Source of the DNA: an uncultured Porphyromonadaceae bacterium
Lineage (GTDB): Bacteria > Bacteroidota > Bacteroidia > Bacteroidales > Muribaculaceae
Direction of reading: 5' to 3'
Length of the DNA: 64,000 nt
NCBI GenBank assembly: GCA_946414395.1
Contig: CAMKOE010000005.1
Coordinates: forward strand, 14,712-78,711
The notes under the pieces are model-generated. The model did no database searches, was not told where the DNA came from, and saw nothing but the letters and a program-made list of their open reading frames with translations. Positions 37,538 to 45,472 of this stretch are shown piece after piece; positions within the stretch are counted from its first letter, which is position 1, and each line of letters begins with the position of its first letter. Both the position numbers and the translations under genes were made by a program.

Positions 37538-37634
37538 TTTGTCCGTTCAAGAATATTGTCTAATTTTGTAGCGGTCGTTATGGAGAAATGCCTGATATCT
37601 GATAGACGTTAAGCAACCATACACGACCTTTTTT
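37538..37634 (+). ncRNA. Candidate small RNA with own promoter and terminator
   Basis: TTTG-N19-TAATTTTG promoter, stem 37573-37583/37617-37628, then a T-run. Confidence 0.5.
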
Positions 37635-39187
37635 CATATACCGCTCACCCTCACAGCAGCGATCACCGCCGGCTTCTCTTTGTTGAAGCGCAGCCTCATT
37701 GGCCTTGCCACTTTCGACTTGTAATTCTTCCTCACGATGCGACTGCAGACGAACCTGCCCCGATAACTTCTCGGGAACGGATTTTCCGCGATGTTCAACC
37801 TTGTCAGTTTACGCCCAGTTCCATGGCCCCCAAGCGCCGGCTTCTCCATTGCCATGACGAGACGTTTGCCGAGTTTTTCGCAGTCCTTGATTTTTTGCGG
37901 ATCACAGCATTCCTCCTTTTTCATCACAATTGCCATGCTGCCTACTCTCCCGCTAGTGATAAAATCACTGTTTTCCATTTCGCTCTCAAACATACGAATT
38001 ATGACTATTCTCCTGGAAGGGAACTCGACAATATACTTCACTTCCTTCACTATAGCCCAGATGCATGCCCTAGCCGATTCGATCACAGCAGGCAAATTCA
38101 GTCGCACGATATCCCCAACAGAGATCCAATTTCGCGGGAACATACCCACCGGCTCGAGTTCCACTTCCGCGGTGTTTTTATCATTCATAACCGCAATGGA
38201 GTAGATTCGCGCCTCCGTTCCCATCCCCTCTTCATAGTGCAGGCCCCACGACTTGTGTAGCAAAAGCGTGTCGTGCACATATCTCGCGCTGATGTCGGCG
38301 ACGCACTCTGCTTCGCCCCTGTTGATGGTGAAGTACGGTGACCTTGTCGCCGTCGTCCGCTTTTTGCCGACACGGCAAGCCTCGATCATCTTAGGGATGT
38401 CCAGTTGCCCGTATTGGTTGAGCATTTCCTTTGTGATTGTCACCGAAACGTCCTCTCTTCTGGAAACCTCGTAGATCATGATTATCGGGTTTTCCCTGCC
38501 AATCTCCGCAGGATCCACCTCGAGGCTCGCCCTGTAGTCCACCTGGCTGAGTTCATGAGTTGACATGTTGAAACACGACACAAGCACACGCCTAGCGAAT
38601 TCACCCGCCAGATCGACCGTGCCTTGTCCCATGTCATACCTGCTGCTCACTTTCACCATCACCGTCCTCTCGAAGTGATAAGTCTCACCCACCTGGGGCT
38701 TGAACGGGATGCACCGGTGCACTATGGGGCGGGTGTCACGCCGCTTGGCGGCATCCGTTCCACTATTCTCATTAACTTCCACCCAAACGACGTATCCCGG
38801 GAATATCGCCGCGCCGACGTTCTCAATGCCCGAGGTGAACTCCACGTTGTCAGGCATTCCGGCCTCGAGCGCCGTTTCCGTGATTTCCACAGCGTTTGAG
38901 GCTTTGTATTCCAGCGGACGGTTGTCATCGTCTGCGGTTGTCACGACAAGGGCGTACACGCCTTTTTCCAGTGTATTGTCAAATTCCGCGAGCGCCCTGT
39001 TTCCCGTCACCCGCGCTTTCACTTTTTGCCTGCTCGTGCCTTTCACGAGCGACACCATGACGTCACCTGACGGGTTGAACTTCACTACATCAATCGACTT
39101 CTTCCCATCGACATATGTAATATACCGAATTTCCATCGGGATGCTCAGTGTGAGCATGTTTCCTTGCGGATGAGTTATGATTGCCAT
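37634..39187 (-). CDS. Phage late protein (517 aa), N-terminal baseplate-adaptor-like beta domain
   Basis: First gene after a late promoter; L..GVY.L.V beta pattern. Confidence 0.55.
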   Translation of the reverse strand: MAIITHPQGNMLTLSIPMEIRYITYVDGKKSIDVVKFNPSGDVMVSLVKGTSRQKVKARVTGNRALAEFDNTLEKGVYALVVTTADDDNRPLEYKASNAVEITETALEAGMPDNVEFTSGIENVGAAIFPGYVVWVEVNENSGTDAAKRRDTRPIVHRCIPFKPQVGETYHFERTVMVKVSSRYDMGQGTVDLAGEFARRVLVSCFNMSTHELSQVDYRASLEVDPAEIGRENPIIMIYEVSRREDVSVTITKEMLNQYGQLDIPKMIEACRVGKKRTTATRSPYFTINRGEAECVADISARYVHDTLLLHKSWGLHYEEGMGTEARIYSIAVMNDKNTAEVELEPVGMFPRNWISVGDIVRLNLPAVIESARACIWAIVKEVKYIVEFPSRRIVIIRMFESEMENSDFITSGRVGSMAIVMKKEECCDPQKIKDCEKLGKRLVMAMEKPALGGHGTGRKLTRLNIAENPFPRSYRGRFVCSRIVRKNYKSKVARPMRLRFNKEKPAVIAAVRVSGI

Positions 39188-39206
39188 ATCTGAATTATGT
39201 TTTTGA

Positions 39207-39241
39207 CAAAATTATCATGTTTTACTGTCAGACGAAAAGAC
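39207..39241 (-). promoter_or_regulatory. Putative late promoter (copy 5, fibre-portal operon)
   Basis: GTCTTTT-N20-TAATTTTG. Confidence 0.75.
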
Positions 39242-39327
39242 AAGAAAAGAACGAGCCGGTTGTCTCCCGACAACCGACACGACCAAATCGATTCATTAAC
39301 TATAAAGAAATTATGCACTTTCATCGC

Positions 39328-39451
39328 TGTAGGGAGGGGCGGACTCGAACCGCCCAGTTTTTAGACACCCGAAAGGGTGGATTTTGCGCTTAGACAATTA
39401 AAACCTGTTTCCTTTGTTATTATTTGTTTAATTAAAACCTGTCTCCCTGCC
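39328..39451 (-). ncRNA. tRNA-like element (acceptor stem + T-arm, non-canonical interior)
   Basis: GGCGG-TTCGAGT-CCGCC T-arm followed by CCTCCCTACA, which pairs with 5' GCAGGGAG. Confidence 0.5.
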
Positions 39452-39462
39452 AATCAGTTCAC

Positions 39463-39702
39463 TTACTTAACCTCATTAACACCTCCTTTCTTTGTTTTGA
39501 CTTCATCGAAAGTCATATCAACTTCATATTTTACTGGACTATTTTCCCAGGTTATTTTAGGGAAACGGTCTTTTGGTAGTATCCACCATGAGACCTTTTT
39601 CCCTGCTATGGTACCAGGCATGAAAAACTTGTCCATTCTTTTTGGTTTAGCGTTATACATTGATAAATCGCCATTTTTGTCTCTAGCAATCCAAACTTTC
39701 AT
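39463..39702 (-). CDS. Phage hypothetical protein (79 aa)
   Basis: WIARDKNGDL..Y..KP.R...FP.ITWE.SP pattern common in phage early genes. Confidence 0.75.
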   Translation of the reverse strand: MKVWIARDKNGDLSMYNAKPKRMDKFFMPGTIAGKKVSWWILPKDRFPKITWENSPVKYEVDMTFDEVKTKKGGVNEVK

Positions 39703-40001
39703 TTCTCGCCTCCTTCCTTTACTTCTATTATCTGAAACTCCAGATACGGTTTTCCAGAAAGGCTCTCTATGAAAATCCTGTCATCGGTCTTCTGGATGTG
39801 ATACGCACTGTCTAAAGGCTCCCAGTTGTTCCGCCGAAGGAATTTTGTTTTTAACGCCTCTTGGTAGATACTATTAAGCAGATTCCTGCATTCGGATCTA
39901 CAATCACATGGCTCATAGTAGAATTTGGGCACCATCATGCACAGGGCAAGAAGCCCCTGGGTCAGTTTTTTATGGTCTGTTCTTTGAATTTTATATTTCA
40001 T
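39699..40001 (-). CDS. Phage hypothetical protein (100 aa)
   Basis: Coupled early-operon ORF. Confidence 0.65.
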   Translation of the reverse strand: MKYKIQRTDHKKLTQGLLALCMMVPKFYYEPCDCRSECRNLLNSIYQEALKTKFLRRNNWEPLDSAYHIQKTDDRIFIESLSGKPYLEFQIIEVKEGGEK

Positions 40002-40255
40002 AATTCTTCAAATTCTTTTTCATATTGTCTTAGTTCTTGCTTTGCAAATTCTTTGATCTTCCAAAATGTCGTTGGAATGTCCCCTGCCCAAATAGTCCGT
40101 TCTCTCGTTTGGGCGTTTAAGATCACGTTGTAAGTAATTTTAATTTGGCAACCCTTAACACTACTGATGTCTGAGGGAAACACTTCAAGAAAATCCTTGA
40201 TGTTCTTAATGATCTCGGCGAGCTCATTTCCCCTTTGAAGTTTCTCGTTATCCAA
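39998..40255 (-). CDS. Phage hypothetical protein (85 aa)
   Basis: Coupled early-operon ORF. Confidence 0.65.
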   Translation of the reverse strand: MDNEKLQRGNELAEIIKNIKDFLEVFPSDISSVKGCQIKITYNVILNAQTRERTIWAGDIPTTFWKIKEFAKQELRQYEKEFEEL

Positions 40256-40439
40256 TGTTATCGTCGATTAATTTATAGAGTTGTATAAGTTTAAAATCGA
40301 TATCATCAAGTTTCTCTTTTAATCCCTTGATGTCTATTTGGATATACTCATAGTTGAGTTGTAACTTAAACAGCAGGAAAGCCAACAGCACTACAATGGC
40401 AAGCAGCAGGAACGCGATTATTATTAACACCTTAATCAT
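40248..40439 (-). CDS. Small single-TM phage protein (63 aa)
   Basis: ATG 40439 after AAAGGAGG; hydrophobic N-terminus plus coiled coil. Confidence 0.6.
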   Translation of the reverse strand: MIKVLIIIAFLLLAIVVLLAFLLFKLQLNYEYIQIDIKGLKEKLDDIDFKLIQLYKLIDDNIG

Positions 40440-40708
40440 TGCTTCACCTCCTTTCTGCCCCACAGCACAATATTGCTGAGCCTTGTTTCTCTCTGTGAAT
40501 GTTTGGGCTCACCAAGAGGCCTGTATCTGATTGATTCATCTCTTTCCAGGAAGTCGAGAAACTCCACGAACTTGCAGTTCGGGTATGTCTCGCACTTGAA
40601 CATGAGCAGCAGCACGTCGCCTTCCAGGCAATGTTTCAGTTCGTCGGGCTGGCGGTTGACAATATAGTCACGTCCTTTGATTCTCACTTTCGCTTCCAAT
40701 AGTTTCAT
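40436..40708 (-). CDS. Phage hypothetical protein (90 aa)
   Basis: Coupled early-operon ORF. Confidence 0.6.
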   Translation of the reverse strand: MKLLEAKVRIKGRDYIVNRQPDELKHCLEGDVLLLMFKCETYPNCKFVEFLDFLERDESIRYRPLGEPKHSQRETRLSNIVLWGRKEVKQ

Positions 40709-40896
40709 ATCGCTTTGATTTTAAATTTGCCAATAATAATCTCGTAGCCGTTTTCCTGCTGCTCCAGCAGATATCCTTTGACGATGTCGCAGTTCATTGG
40801 CTCCATTTCTTTACAGCCTCGTCTTTCTCGTTTCTGGCAGTCTTTGCAGAAGATATTGACTAGTTCTTGGTTGTTCTTATATGCAAGTGCTTCCAT
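40705..40896 (-). CDS. Small Cys-rich phage protein (63 aa)
   Basis: CKDC...C...C; coupled ORF. Confidence 0.6.
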   Translation of the reverse strand: MEALAYKNNQELVNIFCKDCQKRERRGCKEMEPMNCDIVKGYLLEQQENGYEIIIGKFKIKAI

Positions 40897-41282
40897 CAGA
40901 ACAGGGTTAATTGGCGTTGTTTGAAAATTTCTTCTTTCACAGCATGCTCTTGCTCTTGCGTTAAATCTTGGTTTACCAGGATTCTCCCCAGCGCATAGAG
41001 CATGGCATGGCGTTCGCTATTGGCGTAGCCTTTTTCTTTGCCGGGTGCGAGAAAGATGCCGCCTGACGGCGTTTCAATATCGTACCCGATAAAGAACTTG
41101 AACGGAACTGGGTTGGCGATTATAATTCTGATGCGCCATCGTTTTTCAGTTTCATCTTCCCAAACTTTTTTGGTGACTGTTTTCCATTCTTTAGGATTAC
41201 CAGGCACCGGTTCCGCTGACCTGATGAGCAGGTCGTCATAAGGGTTCATTGATTTTGATTCTTCCATAATTGTCAATATCAA
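40896..41282 (-). CDS. Phage hypothetical protein (128 aa) ending in QLTLF
   Basis: Follows the primase gene; C-terminal clamp-binding-like motif. Confidence 0.65.
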   Translation of the reverse strand: MILTIMEESKSMNPYDDLLIRSAEPVPGNPKEWKTVTKKVWEDETEKRWRIRIIIANPVPFKFFIGYDIETPSGGIFLAPGKEKGYANSERHAMLYALGRILVNQDLTQEQEHAVKEEIFKQRQLTLF

Positions 41283-44200
41283 AAAGGTTCATTCATTGCA
41301 TGTTGTGTATCGTAGATATTGAAGTATTCCACGCCACCCGACTTATCATCGCCGCCGATGAAGGACTCCCCCTCATGGTTGGCGATCCACAGTCGGAAGG
41401 ATTTGCCTTCCGCATTGAGTTTGTTCGGGTTGAAGTGGTACCCCTTGAACTGGCAGTACAGTTTCAATTTCGTTTTGAAGTTCGCTGTACTGATGCCCGA
41501 CCGTTGGTCAGGGAAGTGTTTCTTGAACTCGTCGAACAGCGTAGAGCGAGGAATGCGAGAATTTATCTGATTGTTTGACGGTTCAAAGTACACCTCAGCC
41601 CATTGGTAGATAGACTCTGACATCTGCTGCCTCAGTGTGCGCTGCATGATGTCGTGCATGGGCGGTGCCACCACTCCCTGGCCGGGTCTTGCCCAGCCAT
41701 TCCGCATCGACGAGTAATAAAGGAATACGCACTCGATCATCAGCGAGTAGAACATATTCCACTGTTCGTCATCCCAGTCGTCGAAGAACTGATGGCCGAA
41801 CACATCGAAAGGATGCCTGGTGTCGTTGAAATAATTCGAGAAACCGAGATAGACGATACGCTCCATTGAACTTCTCGACTGGCTCCCGTTGATGGCGTGA
41901 TTCGTCGCGATATATATTTTCGGCGACTTATCCCCATCGATGGCATATCGCGCACCGCCCTTGATGTTCACTGACAGGTCGCCCGTTATGGCCACATATA
42001 GGCGCTCAAACGCGAAGTTCACCGGCACATCATCGAAAAAGATGTTGCGGGTGCGAGGCGTTACAAGGTTAAACATGAAGTCATCATCATTCTTCGTGTT
42101 GCGTCCATCCACCTTTGCCTGCTTCATCACGAACTTCAGCGCCTCACCGATGAGCGACTTACCCGTACGGCCATTTGACTGTCCCACATCGCTCATCTCG
42201 CCATCCATCGCTATCACCGCTTTAAGTTCAGTTTTGAACTTATAATCCGTGAGCAGATAGCCGATGGCCGTAAGTTTATTGAGCAGGTGCTGGTTAAATT
42301 CCTTAATCTCCTCAGCCGTTTGCGGGCCTCCCTTCTGCCACCAGAAGTCAGACGTGCAACAGAGGAAACGGAAGAAGTCACAGCGTTCCCCATCAGGTGT
42401 AGGCACGACCTTGAAACTGTTCTTAACAGGGTCAACTGCCACTTGTTCGATGATGGGGATGCGATGCAGTTTGTGTTGAATCACCCTATCCTCCCACACT
42501 GCACCCTGAGACAGTTTGTCGTCCTTGATGCCCTCAGGAGTCACAGTGACCATTACATTTTTGAAGTAGAACTTCTGCTGGTATGGGGTATATTCATCGA
42601 AAATATCCTCCATGATCGACAGACGTTCCAGTTTGTCAGCCGACAGGTCGTTGCTCAGCCGGGCGGCAAAATGGTTGCGGACCGTCGGGTCTTTGCTCGT
42701 CATCACGATGTAGTCCCAGACGAAACTGCGCATTTTCGCGCCTGTGACCACACGGACGATGCCATCATCATTATGGATAAACTTATATTCCCCGTCGGGG
42801 AGGTCAGCCGTATGGCATCGGCAGAAGCCCGCCTGTTCAATGAACTGCAGGGCCTCGAAAGTTTCGAGGGATACTGTCTTGCCCCCATTTTGTTTTTCGT
42901 TCACCGTCCAGAACTCACGGTCAGCCATCACCCTAGAGGCCAGTTCCACCTTACCCTCCTCGCTCACCTTGTATTTGAACTGGTTGAACTTGAACAGTTT
43001 TAGCGGTTGCAGCCGCTCCTTGTTTTTATTATAGAAGCCTTCTATGTCATTCAGCAGCCAGTAGTCCATGATCTGCAGGTCGCTGCTGGTCGATATATTG
43101 TAGATCGAGCAGTAGGAGCCGACGCCATCATGGGCATGCAGGGCGAAGTCAATATCTTTCGCAAGTTCTTCCTCTTTCCCCTTGAGGGTGCCCACGAGCA
43201 GGTCGTCGATACCCTTGTCGCCGTGCTCGTTGTTATTGATGTGTCCAAAGAAAATATCAACATTGATGCCGAGGTTGTGGAGGGATGCCACATATTTTTT
43301 GAACTTGATTGCCGCTTTAGCGAACATGCGAGGGCGGTAGTCCACCGCCTCGTCAGGATTGAGCTGTTTCGACAGGTCATTCCAGTCTGAGTCAAAAAGC
43401 AGCACGACGTTTTTGACGTGGCAGCGCTGCACGACATACTGCAGATCCTGCGGCAACCCCGACTCTTTGTTTCCTATGTTGAAGATGCCTTGTATGGCCA
43501 GAGAAGGGATGCCATGTTTGCAAGCCTTCTCGGCCTTCTTCTCCCCTTCCTGGATGACCAGTGTGTCTATTGGCGTTGACTCATTGTACAGGTCGCGGAT
43601 GCGCTGCGGGATATAGAACCGCGTGGGCGCATCTTTTGGCGACATGTACTTATTCTCACGCCTGCTACCCTCAGGGGTGTGCAGAGACGGGTTTGACCAT
43701 CTTATTCGGATGTATGGTCTGAGTGCGCCACGAGCGCCGCGAGTGGCATACTGCTGCAGGTAACCATCCAGCCCGAAGTAGTAAATCAGCATCTCGTCAT
43801 CGCCAGTGTGGACATTGCCGCTCCTGTCAATGGATCCCCTTACAAAAGGCGAGGAACAATGTTCCACTGTTTCGCCCTTTACCACTTCTTTCCATGTAGC
43901 CATCACGTCATTTTGCGTAAGTCCGCTAGCCTCCAGTTGCCGTTCGACGAACGGTTTGATTTGCTTTTGCCCTTTGCCAGCCCGCTGCCGTTTCTCTGGT
44001 AGCAGCACCATACCGCATGCGCTAGCCGTTTTCTCTACTGCCTCGATGAACCGTTTCGGATCATCGTTGCATTCGTAGTACATTGTTGCAGCCAAACCGT
44101 TTGCCAGCGAGAATCCGCAACTGAAGCAGTGAGCAAGGTTTTTCCTTGACGTGTGCGTCACGCACAAACCTTTCTGCTTGCCATTTTTTTTGCCTGACGC

Positions 44201-44344
44201 GCCGCATTTAGGGCAGGGCACGTACGACGTTGTCTTATGCGTGTCGGCACCAGGCACGCAGTACCTGATGTCTGCATCCCTGCGGAGCCGTTCAATTGCG
44301 TCTTGCGAATAGTATTCCGCCATAACGATCCTCCCTTCATGCAA
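41279..44344 (-). CDS. Zn-finger/TOPRIM primase fused to P-loop helicase
   Basis: CPKC..CFSC zinc finger, IQEGEKKA and LLFDSD TOPRIM motifs, GRTGKS Walker A, IFFDD Walker B. Confidence 0.88.
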   Translation of the reverse strand: MHEGRIVMAEYYSQDAIERLRRDADIRYCVPGADTHKTTSYVPCPKCGASGKKNGKQKGLCVTHTSRKNLAHCFSCGFSLANGLAATMYYECNDDPKRFIEAVEKTASACGMVLLPEKRQRAGKGQKQIKPFVERQLEASGLTQNDVMATWKEVVKGETVEHCSSPFVRGSIDRSGNVHTGDDEMLIYYFGLDGYLQQYATRGARGALRPYIRIRWSNPSLHTPEGSRRENKYMSPKDAPTRFYIPQRIRDLYNESTPIDTLVIQEGEKKAEKACKHGIPSLAIQGIFNIGNKESGLPQDLQYVVQRCHVKNVVLLFDSDWNDLSKQLNPDEAVDYRPRMFAKAAIKFKKYVASLHNLGINVDIFFGHINNNEHGDKGIDDLLVGTLKGKEEELAKDIDFALHAHDGVGSYCSIYNISTSSDLQIMDYWLLNDIEGFYNKNKERLQPLKLFKFNQFKYKVSEEGKVELASRVMADREFWTVNEKQNGGKTVSLETFEALQFIEQAGFCRCHTADLPDGEYKFIHNDDGIVRVVTGAKMRSFVWDYIVMTSKDPTVRNHFAARLSNDLSADKLERLSIMEDIFDEYTPYQQKFYFKNVMVTVTPEGIKDDKLSQGAVWEDRVIQHKLHRIPIIEQVAVDPVKNSFKVVPTPDGERCDFFRFLCCTSDFWWQKGGPQTAEEIKEFNQHLLNKLTAIGYLLTDYKFKTELKAVIAMDGEMSDVGQSNGRTGKSLIGEALKFVMKQAKVDGRNTKNDDDFMFNLVTPRTRNIFFDDVPVNFAFERLYVAITGDLSVNIKGGARYAIDGDKSPKIYIATNHAINGSQSRSSMERIVYLGFSNYFNDTRHPFDVFGHQFFDDWDDEQWNMFYSLMIECVFLYYSSMRNGWARPGQGVVAPPMHDIMQRTLRQQMSESIYQWAEVYFEPSNNQINSRIPRSTLFDEFKKHFPDQRSGISTANFKTKLKLYCQFKGYHFNPNKLNAEGKSFRLWIANHEGESFIGGDDKSGGVEYFNIYDTQHAMNEPF

Positions 44345-44570
44345 TTACCTTGTCGAAAATTTCCTCTCCCACAATTTGCTCAATGCGGATTTTATACAGT
44401 TCCTGGATCCTTGACAACCCTTTCACCCAGTTATGCACCGTGTACCTGGGTACCAGGCAACCATTTGATATTTGTGTAATCCAGTACGATTTTTCATGCT
44501 GGCTGAATTGGTTAAGGAAGTCACGCAGTGCTTCCGAGTCTTTGCGGATTTTGTTATTTTTTTCGTTCAT
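44337..44570 (-). CDS. Cro-like HTH protein (77 aa)
   Basis: VPRYTVHNWVKG HTH; divergent from the repressor. Confidence 0.7.
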   Translation of the reverse strand: MNEKNNKIRKDSEALRDFLNQFSQHEKSYWITQISNGCLVPRYTVHNWVKGLSRIQELYKIRIEQIVGEEIFDKVIA

Positions 44571-44695
44571 TTTCTTGCTTATTTGAACCCATCGTGTTAA
44601 TTTTACCGCGACAAAGATAATATTAACGCCGTAAATCTAACCACTTTGGTTAAGAATTAACATTATATTTAAGATTTTTTAAACTTTAGGTCAAG

Positions 44696-45067
44696 ATGAA
44701 GCACATTGGTAACACCGTCAAACGCCTTATTGAAGAAAAAGGACTCAAGAAGGCGCAGTTTGCCCTAGACATTGGGCTTGCTCATGCAGAGAGTTTGTCT
44801 CGGATATTCCGAAGCGAGTCTGTGCAGTGTGATATGCTAGAGAGGATATGCAGGGTGCTTGACGTGCATCCGGCCTATTTCTTTGACGATTCGGACGCCC
44901 CCACAGCGAAAGCCCAGGCGAGCACGGTCATCGGTAACGCCAGTGCTAGTGCCATAGCGCAGTCAGGCGAGATGGCCACGCTACGCGAACTGCTTGCAGA
45001 GAAGGAGCGTACTATTCAGATTTTGCTTGGCAAAATCGGGACAAAAACGGGACAAGATGCCCTATAA
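44696..45067 (+). CDS. XRE-family HTH prophage repressor
   Basis: HIG..VK.LIEEKG....FA..IG....LSRIF...LERICRVL; C-terminal LL.EKERTIQIL coiled coil. Confidence 0.85.
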   Translation: MKHIGNTVKRLIEEKGLKKAQFALDIGLAHAESLSRIFRSESVQCDMLERICRVLDVHPAYFFDDSDAPTAKAQASTVIGNASASAIAQSGEMATLRELLAEKERTIQILLGKIGTKTGQDAL

Positions 45068-45102
45068 TTCGCCCTTTGTCCTTGTTGATTATCAACCAGT
45101 TA
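45037..45102 (+). repeat. Arm-type sites and IHF-consensus site of the right att arm
   Basis: CGGGACAAAAACGGGACA (45037-45054); TATCAACCAGTTA (45090-45102) matches WATCAANNNNTTR. Confidence 0.65.
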
Positions 45103-45127
45103 TGAACGCAAAATGGTGTGAAACAAA

Positions 45128-45149
45128 TCCTCTCACCCCGACTCAAGCA
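45128..45149 (+). repeat. attR core (duplicated tRNA-Pro 3' end)
   Basis: Identical to 2098-2119. Confidence 0.93.
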
Positions 45150-45150
45150 C

Positions 45151-45188
45151 AAGAAAACGAGTTGAATATCAACTCGTTTTCTTTTTTT
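45151..45188 (+). terminator. Displaced native tRNA terminator
   Basis: AAGAAAACGAGTTGA-ATA-TCAACTCGTTTTCTT followed by a T-run. Confidence 0.75.
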
Positions 45189-45472
45189 ATCAAGCGATGA
45201 TATAGATGTTGGCCCTGACCCTGCGGGGCTAATGCGAATTTCACGAATGGTTTTAAATATTTTTCGTGAAATACGTTTTTCTTAGCGAAATTAGCATTAA
45301 AAAACTTTTCAGGGTCAACTGCTTTTATTATGCATATCTGGGACACGGGAACGGCTCTTTTGTCCCGTTTTTTGTCGGCAGGAATGATGTTTTGGTCTAG
45401 AATATTTGTTTGACTTGATTGAGTTGATTACCTTTGCGATAACAATCAACTTGCCAATAATATCGCAGAGAA

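Larger units (their letters stand above)
2098..45149. mobile_element. Temperate tailed prophage (~43 kb) integrated at tRNA-Pro
   Basis: 22-bp att direct repeat at both ends, tyrosine integrase next to attL, terminase, capsid, portal, tape measure, lysis, primase and repressor genes; lower GC than the flanking host genes. Confidence 0.95.

Noticed and set aside
33959-39187. Diversity-generating retroelement or invertible tail-fibre cassette
   Set aside because: No reverse transcriptase or invertase motif and no template/variable repeat pair seen.
39328-39451. Canonical phage tRNA gene
   Set aside because: No D-arm or anticodon arm and the interior is too long; kept only as a tRNA-like candidate.
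2206-45067. Integrative conjugative or mobilisable element
   Set aside because: No relaxase, coupling protein or tra genes; a full virion gene set is present.
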